Shown here piece by piece: positions 10,368 to 22,684 of a DNA stretch of 64,000 bases. The translations under genes and the position numbers were made by a program. Within the stretch, counting starts at the first letter, position 1, and every line of letters begins with the position of its first letter. The notes beneath the pieces are model-generated. The model was not told the origin of the DNA and ran no database searches. It worked only from the letters and a program-made list of their open reading frames with translations. The DNA comes from Haliotis rubra (Eukaryota). The DNA is taken from the NCBI RefSeq assembly GCF_003918875.1, contig NW_025766836.1, forward strand, positions 682,001-746,000. The letters are read 5' to 3'.

Positions 10368-12662
10368 ATGGCGTTCATGGCTAACGCTGCTTTCATGATG
10401 CCAGTTCAGCAAAGAAAGGATAGGGTGTATCGTGGACTGGCTTTCCATATTGGAAATTATTCTGACGAAGAGTTACGAACACGCTACCGATTTGGGATAG
10501 TATCTATAGCTTACCTTTGTAATATTTTGCAAGGTGATTTGCAGCATCCGACAAACAGGGTCACGCACTGACTGTGGAACAACAAGTGTTAGTGGCAAAA
10601 CGTCATATTTTAGTACATGTATATGAAGCGCCCATAAAATGTATCTAAATAATTTCGACTGTTGTTTCTGTTCACAATGTACCTGAAAGTTTTAAATTTG
10701 AATTCATATATATAAAAGGCAACAATGAAACAATTTGCCCAATTATTTGAAAATGTCATTAGTATAGGCCTACAGTTAATATGTAAGAAAGAACTTTTAG
10801 GAAAAATCAAATATAAGGATGATATATTATCTACCTATATTTCATACCAAAATATTAATGAAAGAATTCAGCCATAATTAATGTTAATACACACAAATAG
10901 TATCTGACATGCCCATAAATAGGTATTCTAAGATGCTTAGCGGTTAGAACAATCGAAAAAAGAATACATTATGAGACAATAAAGGTATAGTTTTTTGATG
11001 ACGTAACAATTGAATGACGTTTTCCCGTCACTGCGCCATTCTAGTGTGCCCCCTCGTAATCGAATCATTTTACATTACGTCACAATGTAAGTGATGTCAC
11101 GATGCATGTCAGTTGTCATCGCCTCTTACGGCCTCCTTCAGTAAACTACTCCGTTGCATCCCGTTTCTTGGTTTGCAGTTGCTTCACGCAGCTACCATCA
11201 CTGGTGGAAACATTACGTTTATGTTTTACGACGGTTAAAATGTCTCAATTCGACTCACAAGTTTTCAGCGACACGGTAACGTTCGCAATGTTTACATTCC
11301 CACAATGCAATCGTGGAATGTCGCTTGACTACTCAGCTTCATCTGGATGTACTGATCTAAACTTACGTTGGTAGTAGAAATGCGACATTCATATTGCCCC
11401 ATATGGTTTACGTTAATGACAGATGTAATTAAAATAATTCAGAGAAGATATTTAATCCGAACGTAAACCGTCATCAAACTGTTATCATTTGTTTTTTTCT
11501 GGTAACGTTCGTCTTAACGTAGGGGGGCAGACACATCAATAGAACAGCGCACCAGTTAGCCCTGTGCGAGGATTCTTAATTTAGGTTACCGACACCGTCA
11601 TTTGTTTTCTGCCTTAGATTAATCGTAATTATCCTTAGAAAGTATTAAATTTAGCATCTTAGAAAAGATGTAAAGTTCGCTCTACCCAATGTGTGTTTTG
11701 TAATAAAAGTATAGTTTTGCCCTGAACTATTATAACATCAAAGCACTCGGACTACCGTCCTCGTGCTTTAATTATAATAGTTCAGGGCAAAACTATACTT
11801 TATTACAAAACACACTGGGGTAGAGCGAACTTTATTTCCTGAATAATTTTGATTGATGTCCCCTTCTCTGTGTATTCATCCTTCAACTTTATTTGCTAAA
11901 TAAAGCAAACAAAAGATTAATTATTTTTATGTAATCTTACAGGAAAATTCACAAACATTTGTGCCAAATGGCCCGGGGCTGCTCGCGACAGTCACATCTT
12001 CAGAACCTCGTCACTCTGCGCACTCATGGAGAGGACCTCTGATTGCTTCATTTTGGGAGACAATGGCTACCCCTGCAGACCATTCCTGCTGACCCCCTAC
12101 CTCAACCCACAAGGACGACAACAACAACGTTACAACGACTCTCTGTGAGCTACAAGGGTCACTATTGAGAGAACGTTTGGTCGGTGGTAGAGACGGTTTC
12201 ATGTTCTCTACTCTGAGGTACAGGATATGTTATAAATATATATGTACTTAATGCTGACTATTTTATGACTTATTGTTACCATGAAGAAAATTTCAGATGT
12301 CAAGCTATAATTTTGAACAATGATAATCGTGTTAATGTGATATTTTGAAATTTACAAATAAAAATTCAACTTTAAACAAATTCTGTGTTCAAAGATCCAA
12401 TGAATAATGCCAGTAAATTATTCTTTGTAAGGTGAGGATGACCCCCAGTCGTGTGTGCCGTATTGTTGTTGCCTGTGCTGTTTTGCACAACATTGCCATC
12501 TCCATGGGTGAACCTCAGGATGAGAGGGACAACGGGGACGACCAACCACCCATTGATGCCTACGCAGGACGACATGACGGCAAAGGCATACGTGATCATG
12601 TGGCTTCCACATTCTTTGGACACTTACATATGATAGTACAAATGTGGTGTACACCGATATGA
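10368..12662 (+). pseudogene. PIF/Harbinger (HARBI1-type) DDE transposase, decayed and spliced. Segments 10368-10596, 11943-12217 and 12432-12662
   Basis: Motifs YSDEELRTRYRF, HALTVEQQVLVA (after a frameshift), KWPGAARDSHIF, ILGDNGYP.RPFLLTPY, TRVTIERTFG.W.RRF and IVVACAVLHNIA. Two in-frame stops, the middle region is missing, and a 0.9-kb insertion is present. ttaac-rich subterminal repeats at 10200-10360. Confidence 0.9.
10926..11845 (+). mobile_element. About 920-bp non-autonomous element with asymmetric ends (Crypton- or Helentron-like), copy 1
   Basis: 5' ttctaagatgc pairs with subterminal gcatcttagaa (about 11655), followed by an about 165-bp terminal palindrome at 11671-11834. Near-identical inverted copy at 19459-20375. 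Confidence 0.8.
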
Positions 12663-13578
12663 GAACTGTTATACTTGCATAAATTTGAAACGTAATGAAC
12701 ATGGCCTAATTTCATGAGATATCGCATTCTTATTGATAGTTTTGTACATATGGGCTGATATGTTATCTGTATATTTTATGTACATTTGTAGAATACTTGT
12801 TACTTGTGCAAATACCGTCGGGCCGTTACGTATATATGACTAAATCCTGATGTAATTTTAATTTCAAAGCACGTAGACAATCGAAAAGCCCACAATTCGA
12901 AAGAATAACTTGTAATTATTGTAACGATTCTTTTGAGGATGAATGCCATGTACTATTGATCTGACCACGCTTTAATGAAGTAAAATAAAGGCATGTACCT
13001 GGAAACCCTACTTATCAGAAATCTATCATGTTATACCATCTGACAATGTATATATTCTTATAGACTTCATTCACAAGAACCCAACGTATTAATTTCGGGT
13101 ACATCGGTCATTCTTCAAAGTGAGGGTCCCAATTGGATCACAATTGGTCAATAAAATTGCTTGTTGAAATAGTAAAGACACGTCATTGTACAATATTGAC
13201 AAACTTTATCGATAACAACTTCTTTATTTCGATATAGACCCTTGCACCATTGTCAAGCAGGACTGTACTTCATAACTTCATAACTGAAACGTTATTCACA
13301 TCAGTGTAGGTTACCATAATAAAGTTTCACTAATTGTGACAGTTTTAATACTCATCCATGCACCTGAGGTGGTGGGATATTTACACTCACTAAATAATGT
13401 CAATTTGTACAGTTGGGTATATATATAGAACGCTTTGCAGAGACACTAATCAATGAGAGATGTGTTGGCCAACCATTGACACTAAACACAATGATCAGAA
13501 AACAGACGCTATGGAGATTGATAAGCAATCTTTGTCCTTGCAGCTGAGTGTCAGAACGCAGTCACTGAATCGTCGAGC

Positions 13579-13612
13579 TATAAATATTGGATGTGGGAGT
13601 GGGGTGTCAGTC
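13579..13612 (+). promoter_or_regulatory. TATA box plus initiator upstream of the nAChR-like gene
   Basis: TATAAATA at 13579 and TCAGTC Inr with its A at 13609 (30-nt canonical spacing). Confidence 0.5.
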
Positions 13613-13879
13613 GAGGCCTTAGTGCAGGGAGATATAGTCAAAGGACGGTTAGTTGAAAGCCTTGCCATTTACACTGAAAAACAACATTAAATTTCAGGCT
13701 CCTGCAGTGATTAGAAGGAAGGAAGTTTCTGGAAGAAAACAAGCATCCCAAAACAGAGATATTTTTATTGAAACGGAACCATCATGCTCTGAACTTTGAC
13801 GAAGTATCAAAGCCATTGAAGGATTTTTTTATCGAGAAGAAGTTTACGTTATATCAAGTTTTGAAAACATTGACTTAAA

Positions 13880-15082
13880 ATGGTGTCAATGAAAGAGCTG
13901 TTCTGGCTATGCGGGGCTGCGGTTTTGTTTGTGACTGTTGCTGCTAATCCAACTTCAAAAGATGTTCAAAGTGTCCTCAACCTTCTACAGAATAAGGTTG
14001 ACCGTCGTCTTCGGCCAGTGTCAAACCAGTCTGAACCAGTTGATGTAACCTTGACCTTCCACATCCTCACAATCACCGGCTTTAATGAAGTGGAGCAGAA
14101 GTTGTCCTGTACGGGGTGGTTGGACATCTCATGGAAGGACGAGTTCATGACGTGGAACGAGACTGAATACAATGGCACCAGACAAGTCTATCCGCCCTCG
14201 GACTCGCACTGGCTTCCTTTCCTAGCTGTGGTCAATTCCTTTGAAGAGATGCGTCCACTAGGACAAAATATCATCATCACCAAAGCGTCTTCTGACGGCA
14301 TTATGCACTGGTATCCCGCGGACTCATTCATAACAGCCTGCACCGTCGACATCAGCAAGTACCCGTATGACACCCAGACATGTGAGATAGAATTCTTTCC
14401 TTGGGGGAGATCATCTGAAGATATCATTTTGAAGGTAGGGGAAGGTGTTCTCCTTTATAATTACCGTAAAAACGGGGAATGGGAACTGAAAAAGGTAGAT
14501 ATGTACCCGATGATGAAGTTTAACGGCAATGACTACATCTCTATGGTGTATGTCACCTTCGTCATCCAACGACGCCCTGCGTTCTTCATCCTGAACCTCA
14601 TCCTTCCCGTCCTCCTCCTGTCACTGCTCAACGTCCTCGTGTTCCTCCTACCGGCTGAGTCAGGGGAGAGGGTGTCCTATGCAATCACCGTGCTCTTGGC
14701 GCTGGCAGTGTTTCTAAGCTTCATCAGCGACAACATGCCGAAGACAGCGGAGTCACTGTCTGCACTGTCCGTCTACTTGACCACCATGTTCGTCATCAGT
14801 GCGGCCAGTGTGGCTGGGTCGATCTTGACACTCGTGCTCTACCACAGAGACCGGAAGAGACCGATTCCAACATGGCTGACTCGCCATATAAGCAGACGAC
14901 AGAGGAAGACGGCCCCCATTTCTGGAGCAGACGGTTCACAGAAGGAAGACTGCCAGTTTCCTAAAGGTAAACAGACAACCTGGGCTGATGTATCAATATA
15001 TATTGACAAAGTCTTCTTCTCAGTCTGTATGTTGGTGATTGTTCCCGCCACCACCTCACTCATGGTCCGTATATTTGTATGA
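13880..15082 (+). CDS. Intronless nicotinic acetylcholine receptor-like Cys-loop ligand-gated ion channel subunit (non-alpha type), 400 aa
   Basis: Signal peptide, RLRPV motif, W.P loop A, Cys-loop CTVDISKYPYDTQTC, NGEWEL, RRP-M1, LPAESGERVS M1-M2 linker, four TM helices. No vicinal CC in loop C. Confidence 0.95.
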   Translation: MVSMKELFWLCGAAVLFVTVAANPTSKDVQSVLNLLQNKVDRRLRPVSNQSEPVDVTLTFHILTITGFNEVEQKLSCTGWLDISWKDEFMTWNETEYNGTRQVYPPSDSHWLPFLAVVNSFEEMRPLGQNIIITKASSDGIMHWYPADSFITACTVDISKYPYDTQTCEIEFFPWGRSSEDIILKVGEGVLLYNYRKNGEWELKKVDMYPMMKFNGNDYISMVYVTFVIQRRPAFFILNLILPVLLLSLLNVLVFLLPAESGERVSYAITVLLALAVFLSFISDNMPKTAESLSALSVYLTTMFVISAASVAGSILTLVLYHRDRKRPIPTWLTRHISRRQRKTAPISGADGSQKEDCQFPKGKQTTWADVSIYIDKVFFSVCMLVIVPATTSLMVRIFV

Positions 15083-15506
15083 GGCAATGGATCGTATCAT
15101 TAAAGGACATTTGACCTCATGTTGTAGAGGACATTTCCAAATTTGACAAAAAACAATATGTCTGATCATTCAAGAATGACTATGGTCGACAGGCCAAAAC
15201 GTTGTATTTACAAGATTCATTATTTGCTGGAAATGTTGTGGTGCTCAAAAAATACCAATATGAATGAAAATAATTGCAAAGAACATTTTGTGTTCGTTTA
15301 AAAAAAATGGTAAATTTTACTTTTATTGCAAACATTCCCCAAATGATTTTTATTACGGTTACAACATTGAAAGCCTCAATAAAGATTTCAAATTTTTTAT
15401 AATTGATATGTGGCGGATATGTCCCAATCTGACATGTAACAAATATGTCTGATCGTACAATGGACTGCTTTAAACAAATATTTCTAATGATTTTGATGTC
15501 ACTTTT

Positions 15507-16095
15507 ATGTGTACGTCATGTAGCTTACATATATTTGTACGCCAAGTAGCACACGTATATTTGTACGCCAAGTAGCATACGCCATTTTTACGTCAGGTAT
15601 CAAGCGTTTACGTGTACGTCACGTAGCATACGTTTATTTGTACGTCATGTAGCATATGTATATTTGTACGTCATGTAGCATATGTATATTTGTACGTCAT
15701 GTAGCATACGTTTATATGTGTACGTCATGTAGCATACGTTTATCTGTACGTCATGTAACAAACGTTTATTTGTATGCTAGAAGCATACGTAAATTTGTAC
15801 GCCAAGTAGCATACGTATATTGGTACGTCATGTAGCATACGTTTATTTGTAGGCCAAGTAGCATACGTATATTGTACGCCAAGTAGCATACGTATATTGT
15901 ACGCCAAGTAGCATACGTATATGGGTACATCATGTAACATACGTTATTTTAACGTCATATATCAAACGTTGACGTGTACGACACGTAGCACACGTTTATT
16001 TGTAGGCCAAGTAGCATACGTATATTTGTACGTCAAATAGCATACGTATATTTGTACCCCAAGTAGCATACGTTTACTTGTACGTCATGTAGCAT
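15507..16095. repeat. Minisatellite, about 26-bp unit (tttgtacg[cc/tc]a[a/t]gtagcatacgtata)
   Basis: About 22 diverged tandem copies. Confidence 0.9.
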
Positions 16096-16736
16096 AGATG
16101 ATTGCTAGAAACAGAGTCCCATTTATCAAGCACAAACCGAGGTATTAAAATAAATAGTTCCTGACAGTTGGAACGATCTTGGCCAATCTAAAATATCTAA
16201 AGAGTGTGAGTCATCCTCGATTATCCCGCTCGTGTCCAATACCAGTATATGCCTTTTCTATTGATAAATACCCTCCCTAGATTCAGTCGCCACAATGGCT
16301 TCGTGCCAGAAGCGACCAGTTCTCAACTACGGACTGTCGTTATTTTGTGAGCATCTCAATGCGAGGTGGATATAGATCTACATTTCAACCAGTATAGTCA
16401 TCAATATATTCTAATCGATATTCGAATCAGAAGAGAGTTACAAAGGAATGTTTATTAAATCCATCTGTAAAAACATATCAGTAAGACAGAAGACCGTTCC
16501 TTTGCTGCAAGATGTCCCAGTTGCATTTGAGAAGGCAAGAAAAGACCTCGTTTATGTCAGTTATGGGGAACTGTGTTATTTGTTGGCACACCTGGGTTCT
16601 CTTGCGTATTGTCATTCGAACCAATGTTGTGGCGAAGACGAATGGATTCAGGGTATATATCGTGTACCAATAGAGAGGGGTTGAGAGGGAGATGATCAGG
16701 GATGAACATGAGTCGTTGTGGCGTACAGAGAATGGA

Positions 16737-16995
16737 NNNNNNNNNNNNNNNNNNNNNNNNNNNNNNNNNNNNNNNNNNNNNNNNNNNNNNNNNNNNNNNN
16801 NNNNNNNNNNNNNNNNNNNNNNNNNNNNNNNNNNNNNNNNNNNNNNNNNNNNNNNNNNNNNNNNNNNNNNNNNNNNNNNNNNNNNNNNNNNNNNNNNNNN
16901 NNNNNNNNNNNNNNNNNNNNNNNNNNNNNNNNNNNNNNNNNNNNNNNNNNNNNNNNNNNNNNNNNNNNNNNNNNNNNNNNNNNNNNNNNNNNNNN
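16737..16995. other. Assembly gap (259 N)
   Basis: Run of N. Confidence 1.
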
Positions 16996-18691
16996 GGGTT
17001 TTTTGTCGCAATACAAGTGTGTGGGGCAGGGCGAACAGTTTACAGGGTGTCCGACCGAAGCTACCAGCGGAAACGGAGAAGTGAGGCTGACACTTGGGCA
17101 GTAGATGGTCTGGACTAGGTGGTTAGTGTCCGTCCCTCCTTGTACCTGGCTTACACTCCTGCTGGTCTGTCCACGCTCTGCCTCTATTTGCCCACTACCC
17201 CAGCTGTCCATGGCTTAACCTATCCTGTCGGTTATTAAAGGCGGATGAACGACTAACAATCAGTGATATAATGAAATGTACACTAACTCAGTATATTATG
17301 ATTTTGGAAATGATAATAACTATTCCGTGGTATGCCCTAGAGACAGCATATTTAGACTGACTGACTGAGTTTAGTTTTACGCCGCTTTTAGCAATATTCC
17401 AGCAATATCACGGCGGGGCACACCAGAAATGGGCTTAACACATTCTGCCCATGTGGGGATTCGAACCCGGGTCTTTGGCGTGACGAGCCAACGCTTTAAC
17501 CACTAGGCTACCCCACCGCCCCACATTCTTAGAAGATTGTATTTACCAAGTACATAATAATTGTATGTTAATAATTATGTATTCATTGCAAACTTGTCCA
17601 AAACTTATGATTTATATAATATAAAGCAAATGTAATCTTTGTCTTACACTGAATAAACAATACCTCTTGAGTTTCTTTAAAACGCACTAAATTACTAAAG
17701 GACAAAAACAAAGGAAACAGATGACGTCATACAAAGGGTGGAATGACGTCAGATGTCGGCGCAATTTAATTTTGGGCGCGAAGATCAATATCTGATGTGT
17801 GTACCATGTTGAGAGATACATGCACGGTATCTACACGGCACTCTGTTGATTAACTTGCAGATGGTACTGTCCGTCAAACGCGAAGAGCTAACCATATGTG
17901 TGCCATATTAACGGGTGCTGGGTCTCTGGCGTACGCTTTTTTAAAGAAAATACCACATAAAATCTATGAGGGATACAGCGAGGCAGTTCATTCGCCTACT
18001 TGTCGGAGAACAATCTGGCACAATGTGGTCTGATTGGTCATCAACTGAAATTTCCTGCCAACAATTCAAGCGAATGGTAAAACGACAGGGCGCACAATTG
18101 CAATTCTGGCTGCTTGAAGTCCATTCACAATAAAGGATTAGCTCGCCGTTCATGTGTGATACAGTTGATTTGTTTCTTGTTTAACGCCGCACTCAGCAAT
18201 ATTTTGGCTATAAGATCATAGTCAACAAGTATGACCCTCACTGCTAAGTCGCCAAAAAGGTTTTCTGTCACAGGACGCCTTGATTTCAGACGGACTACAT
18301 AATAGTCTAAACAGTATAGGTGTTACAGTTCGAATTCTCCATCAATAACGAGCAGATCAGAATCTTTTGCGAAGTGCAAATAATCTAATGAGACGATCTT
18401 GTCTAGGTGTTGTTTGCTTAGACCTGCCATTAGGGTGTCAGTTTTTACTGTACAGCAACGAGAACAGTCGGCGGGGCAGGTCACAGGCACTCTAGCACCT
18501 TTCGGGAACACTTGGTAGGGGAGTGGTGGGAGCAATGAGTCTCTGGCGGAAAGTCATGACAGAAACCTATGTGGTTTCATAAACTCAGTTCCCAATGATG
18601 ATTTGTCTAGGTTTTCCAGCGCCATACCCATGTTAGCGGGTTTCGCCAAATCGGTGTAAGACTAAACCATATTTACACAGACACACCGCGA

Positions 18692-19242
18692 TATATAGAG
18701 GATACTAATCGACCTTCCGTGTAATACCATTTTTATTGAACGAGTTAATGATTTGGTGTCAAACGAGCGAAAGCAAGTTTAATAAAAATGGTATTTCACA
18801 GAAGCGAGTTTAGTATTCCGTTTATTACTCTCCAACATAAATTGATAGAAACTGCCAACCATGTGACGACTCTCATTGTGACAGAGGTATATTAGCATAC
18901 TGCAGATATTTACGGCAATATTACACTAGTGTAATACCACTAGACGTATGACGTCATAATGGTTTACAGTTATGACGTCACAATGCTAATACCTCTGTCA
19001 CAATGGTATTAGACCTTGCTTGACTCACAGAAAGCTGAGAGTCATCACACTACGTAGGCAGTTTCTATCAGTTTATGTTGGAGAGTAATAAACAGAATAC
19101 TAAACTCGCTTCTGTGAAATACCATTTTATCAAACTCGTAAAAGATTTAGTATCAAACTCGCTTTCGCTTGTTTGATACGAAATCAATAACTCGTTTAAT
19201 AAAAATGGTATTACAGAGAAGTCCTTTAGTCTCCTCTATATA
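18692..19242. mobile_element. Fold-back element with long TIRs (possibly Crypton-type non-autonomous)
   Basis: tatatagagga ... tcctctatata ends, about 180-bp inverted arms and nested internal palindromes. Confidence 0.7.
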
Positions 19243-19458
19243 CCATCCAAACGTCTTTGGGTGGCATTTAGAAGTTGGTGTGATGAACAACGGGAAAAGT
19301 TCTACATACAACTTCTTTATTATGAATGTAAGCGGCGTTCCATATTATTAAAAGCGGCATAAAACACGGCTGACCTCTCAACAGTGAGTGAGGTTAGTTT
19401 TACGCCGCACTTAGCAATATTCCAGCTATATGGCGGTGGTCTTTAAATAATCGATCGC

Positions 19459-20375
19459 TATTTAGGAAATAAAGTTCGCTCTACCCCAATGTGTTTTGTA
19501 ATAAAGTATAGTTTTGCCCTGAACTATTATAATTAAAGCACGAGGACGGTAGTCCGAGTGCTTTGATGTTATAATAGTTCAGGGCAAAACTATACTTTAT
19601 TACAAAACACACTGGGGTAGAGCGAACTTTACATCTTTTCTAAGATGCTAAATTTAATACTTTCTATGGATAATTACAATTAATTTAAGGCAGAAAATAA
19701 ATGACGGTGTCGGTAACCTAAATTAAGAATCCTCGCACAGGGCTAACTGGTGCGCTGTTCTATTGATGTGGCTGCCCCCCTATGTTAAGACGAACGTTAC
19801 CAGAAAAAAACAAATCATAACAGTTTGATGACGGTTTACGTTCGGATGAAATATCTTCTCTGAATTATTTTAATTACATCTGTCATTAGCGTAAACCATA
19901 TGGGGCAATATGAACGTCGCATTTCTACTACCAACGTAAGTTTAGATCAGTACATCCAGATGAAGCTGAGTAGTCAAGCGACATTCCACGATTGCATTGT
20001 GGGAATGTAAACATTGCGAACGTAACCGTGTTGCTGAAAACTTGTGAGTCGAATTGACACATTTTAACCGTCGTAAAACATAAACGTAATGTTTCCACCA
20101 GTGATGTTAGCTGCGTGAAGCAACTGCAAACCAAGAAACGGGATGCAACGGAGTAGTTTACTGAAGGAGGCCGTACGAGGCGATGACAACTGACATGCAT
20201 CGTGACGTCATTACATTGTGACGTAATGTAAAATGATTCGATTACGAGGGGGCACACTAGAATGGCGCAGTGACGGGAAAACGTCATTCAATTGTTACGT
20301 CATCAAAAAACTATACCTTTATTGTCTCATAATGTATTTATTTTTCGATTGTTCTAACCGCTAGGCATCTTAGAA
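19459..20375 (-). mobile_element. Same asymmetric-hairpin element, copy 2
   Basis: Reverse complement of 10926-11845 with few differences. Confidence 0.8.
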
Positions 20376-21416
20376 ATGGCTGTAATATTGCCGATGCGAT
20401 TTAAAATTTTTACTCACTCACTTACTGTAAATAATCGAGTATGGACCAGAGAATCCAGTTATCAACAGCATGAGCATCGATTTGCGCAATTGGGAACCGA
20501 TGACATATATGTCAACCAAGCCAGCGAGCCTGACCACCCGATCCCGTTAGTGGCCTCTTGCGACAAGCATAGTCGCCTTTTGTGGGAAGCATGGGTTGCT
20601 GAAGACCTATTCTACCCCAGTTCTTCACGGGTCACAGAGACCCAGGGGGTTCCAGGTAGGGAAATGGAGGCTCGGCAAGCTATGGCCGCCGTCAGGGACG
20701 ACTGAATGGATCTGGTGGTACGGCTTATATGATTGTTGCCTGGCCTCGTATCCCAACCGTGTGGATCGATGACCATGATAGAAATTGCTGAATTGTCGTA
20801 CAGACGCGATTATTTACAGACCGCTGTAAAATTGCTCGAATATTGCTAAGGGCTAACAAACAAAGAACTTACCATGTCCTATATTAGACTAAATGATTTT
20901 GTTATCAATTAGTGCGTCTCCGAAAGACAGATCTATAACCAGTATTGAAGGAACATAGCGTATGTACTGGAGAAGACAATAGCCCCGTCTTTCTTGATGG
21001 AGTGAGAGTGAAAATTAACTCTTTTCGTTTAAATATTTATAGACTCAATCTTCAATGTAGTATTAATTACATTTAGGTCCGTTTCAATTTCAAACCATTC
21101 TGGGAGGCTGGTGGTTCGACCCCTTTGAAGTAAGAAAAGAGTTATTGACTCGAGCCAACGCTCTCCGACTGAGAGGAAGATGTCCATGTCGTGTGTCCTT
21201 GCTGATTATGTATCATTAATATCCCAACGTCATGGCTGATGAGACAATGACAACATGCCTACTTTGCCTGTTTATATGTACAATCGCCCAGACGTCTTCT
21301 CAGCTTGCTCATCATATCCACCATTGGTGCACCGTCAATCCAGATCAAGATGAGACAAGGACAACATGCCTACTTCGCCTGTTTATGTTTATGTACAATC
21401 GTCAATACGTCATGGT

Positions 21417-21763
21417 GGCCGCCTCCTTGGTGTAGTGGTTAGAGCGTCCCCCCGGAGAGTGGAAGGTCGCAGGTTCGATCCCCGACCGCGTCATACCAAA
21501 AGACGTTAGAATTTGGTACTTGTTGGTCCCTGTCTGGCGCTCGGCATTAATGGGTACAACAAGGACTGGTCGGCTCGGAGTCAGTATAATGTGTCTGAGT
21601 GGGGTATTCATGCTTAACTGCGGCATGGTATCTCAGTGAGCTAGCACTATAAAACCAGCTTCAGTCTGGGGTAGTACAAGCAGCCGCACATACACATACA
21701 CATGCATGCACGCGGTCATATCAGCGAAATATTCTCAAGCACGACTTTTACCTCACCTCACCT
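21417..21763 (+). mobile_element. tRNA-derived SINE family B (about 345 bp, Meta/MESC-like core). Other copies at 27377-27646(-), 31032-31350(+), 43333-43749(-) and 49599-49950(-)
   Basis: A/B boxes, core gtcataccaaaagacgtt...ccctg.ctggcgctcggcattaa, (cacct)n tail, 14-bp TSD tcaatacgtcatgg. Confidence 0.88.
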
Positions 21764-21925
21764 CAATACGTCATGGCAGCTTGCTCATCATATCCACCAT
21801 TGGTGCACGTCAATCCAGATCAAGATGAGACAAGGACAACATGCCTACTCCGCCTGTTTATATGTACAACCGTCAATACAAATACAAACACCAGGAGAAT
21901 GCGAGTACACGTCAGTTGATCATGG

Positions 21926-22026
21926 CTAAGTACACATGGTGCACTTGCCTTGCGACAACACGCAATAATCTTTGCATGCGTCACACACGTTCCTCGTGCT
22001 GCACTTGACGCACCCTGGGGCACAGC
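21926..22026 (-). CDS. R-spondin-like furin-repeat protein, exon 4 (145 aa total, 16 Cys)
   Basis: ttttgtgtttgcag acceptor (phase 1). Encodes GCAPGCVKCSTRNVCDACKDYCVLSQGKCTMCT*, a furin-like repeat. Confidence 0.75.
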
Positions 22027-22595
22027 CTGCAAACACAAAAAACATAGGTACAGAAGCTCACCCTTATAGTGAGAGTGGGTGAGTGTGGTTATGCGCCGCT
22101 TTTAGCAATATTCCAGCAATATCACGGCGTGGGACACCTGAAATGGGCTTCACATATTGTACCCATATGGGGAATCGAACCCGGGTCTTCGGCGTGACGA
22201 GTGGACGCTTTTACCACAAGGCTAACCAACGACCCTTGACCCTTATATGTGTTGGTTTGGTGGTGTTATCGCCGCGGCATAGCAATATTCTAGCTATGTG
22301 ACGATGGTTTATAAACAATTAACTGACTATGAATGCGCGTGTGCGTGTGCGTATGCGTGTGTGTCCGTCCGTGCGTATATCCATTTGTGTTTGTGTCCGT
22401 CTGTCCGTCTGTGTATCTGTCTCTCCGTATGCCTCCAAGTGTTTGTGGCTGTGATTGATGCGAAATATATCGGTGTCATATAAAACTGTTTCTTCCAATA
22501 GCAAAACAACAAATATTCGGAGGGAATGAGCTTCATGTTTCCTTCACCTAACATTCAGATATGATATTGGGGGCTAAGAAGATGTGAGTCCTGAC

Positions 22596-22684
22596 CTGCG
22601 CAGAGAAGCTCCCCTTCTTCCGTGTGCCTGTACCAGCCATCTGGACACAGGGGACCCTTAGTGCAGTAGTACTCGGGCTCCGTC
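22596..22684 (-). CDS. R-spondin-like furin-repeat protein, exon 3
   Basis: ctgttgttccctggcag acceptor (phase 2), GCA G|GTCAG donor. Encodes TEPEYYCTKGPLCPDGWYRHTEEGELLCA. Confidence 0.7.

Noticed and set aside
11102-11374. 90-aa ORF duplicated at 19928-20287
   Set aside because: It lies inside a two-copy non-autonomous repeat and has no recognisable domain. The similarity reflects recent copying.
16295-17240. Possible coding remnant around the N gap (ORFs 16448-16684 and 16696-17211)
   Set aside because: No recognisable motif, stops in the flanking frames, and the long ORFs are inflated by Ns.
17720-18535. Two TGACGTCA sites with short Cys-containing ORFs (17941-18153, 18323-18535)
   Set aside because: I could not build a consistent spliced gene or recognise a domain.
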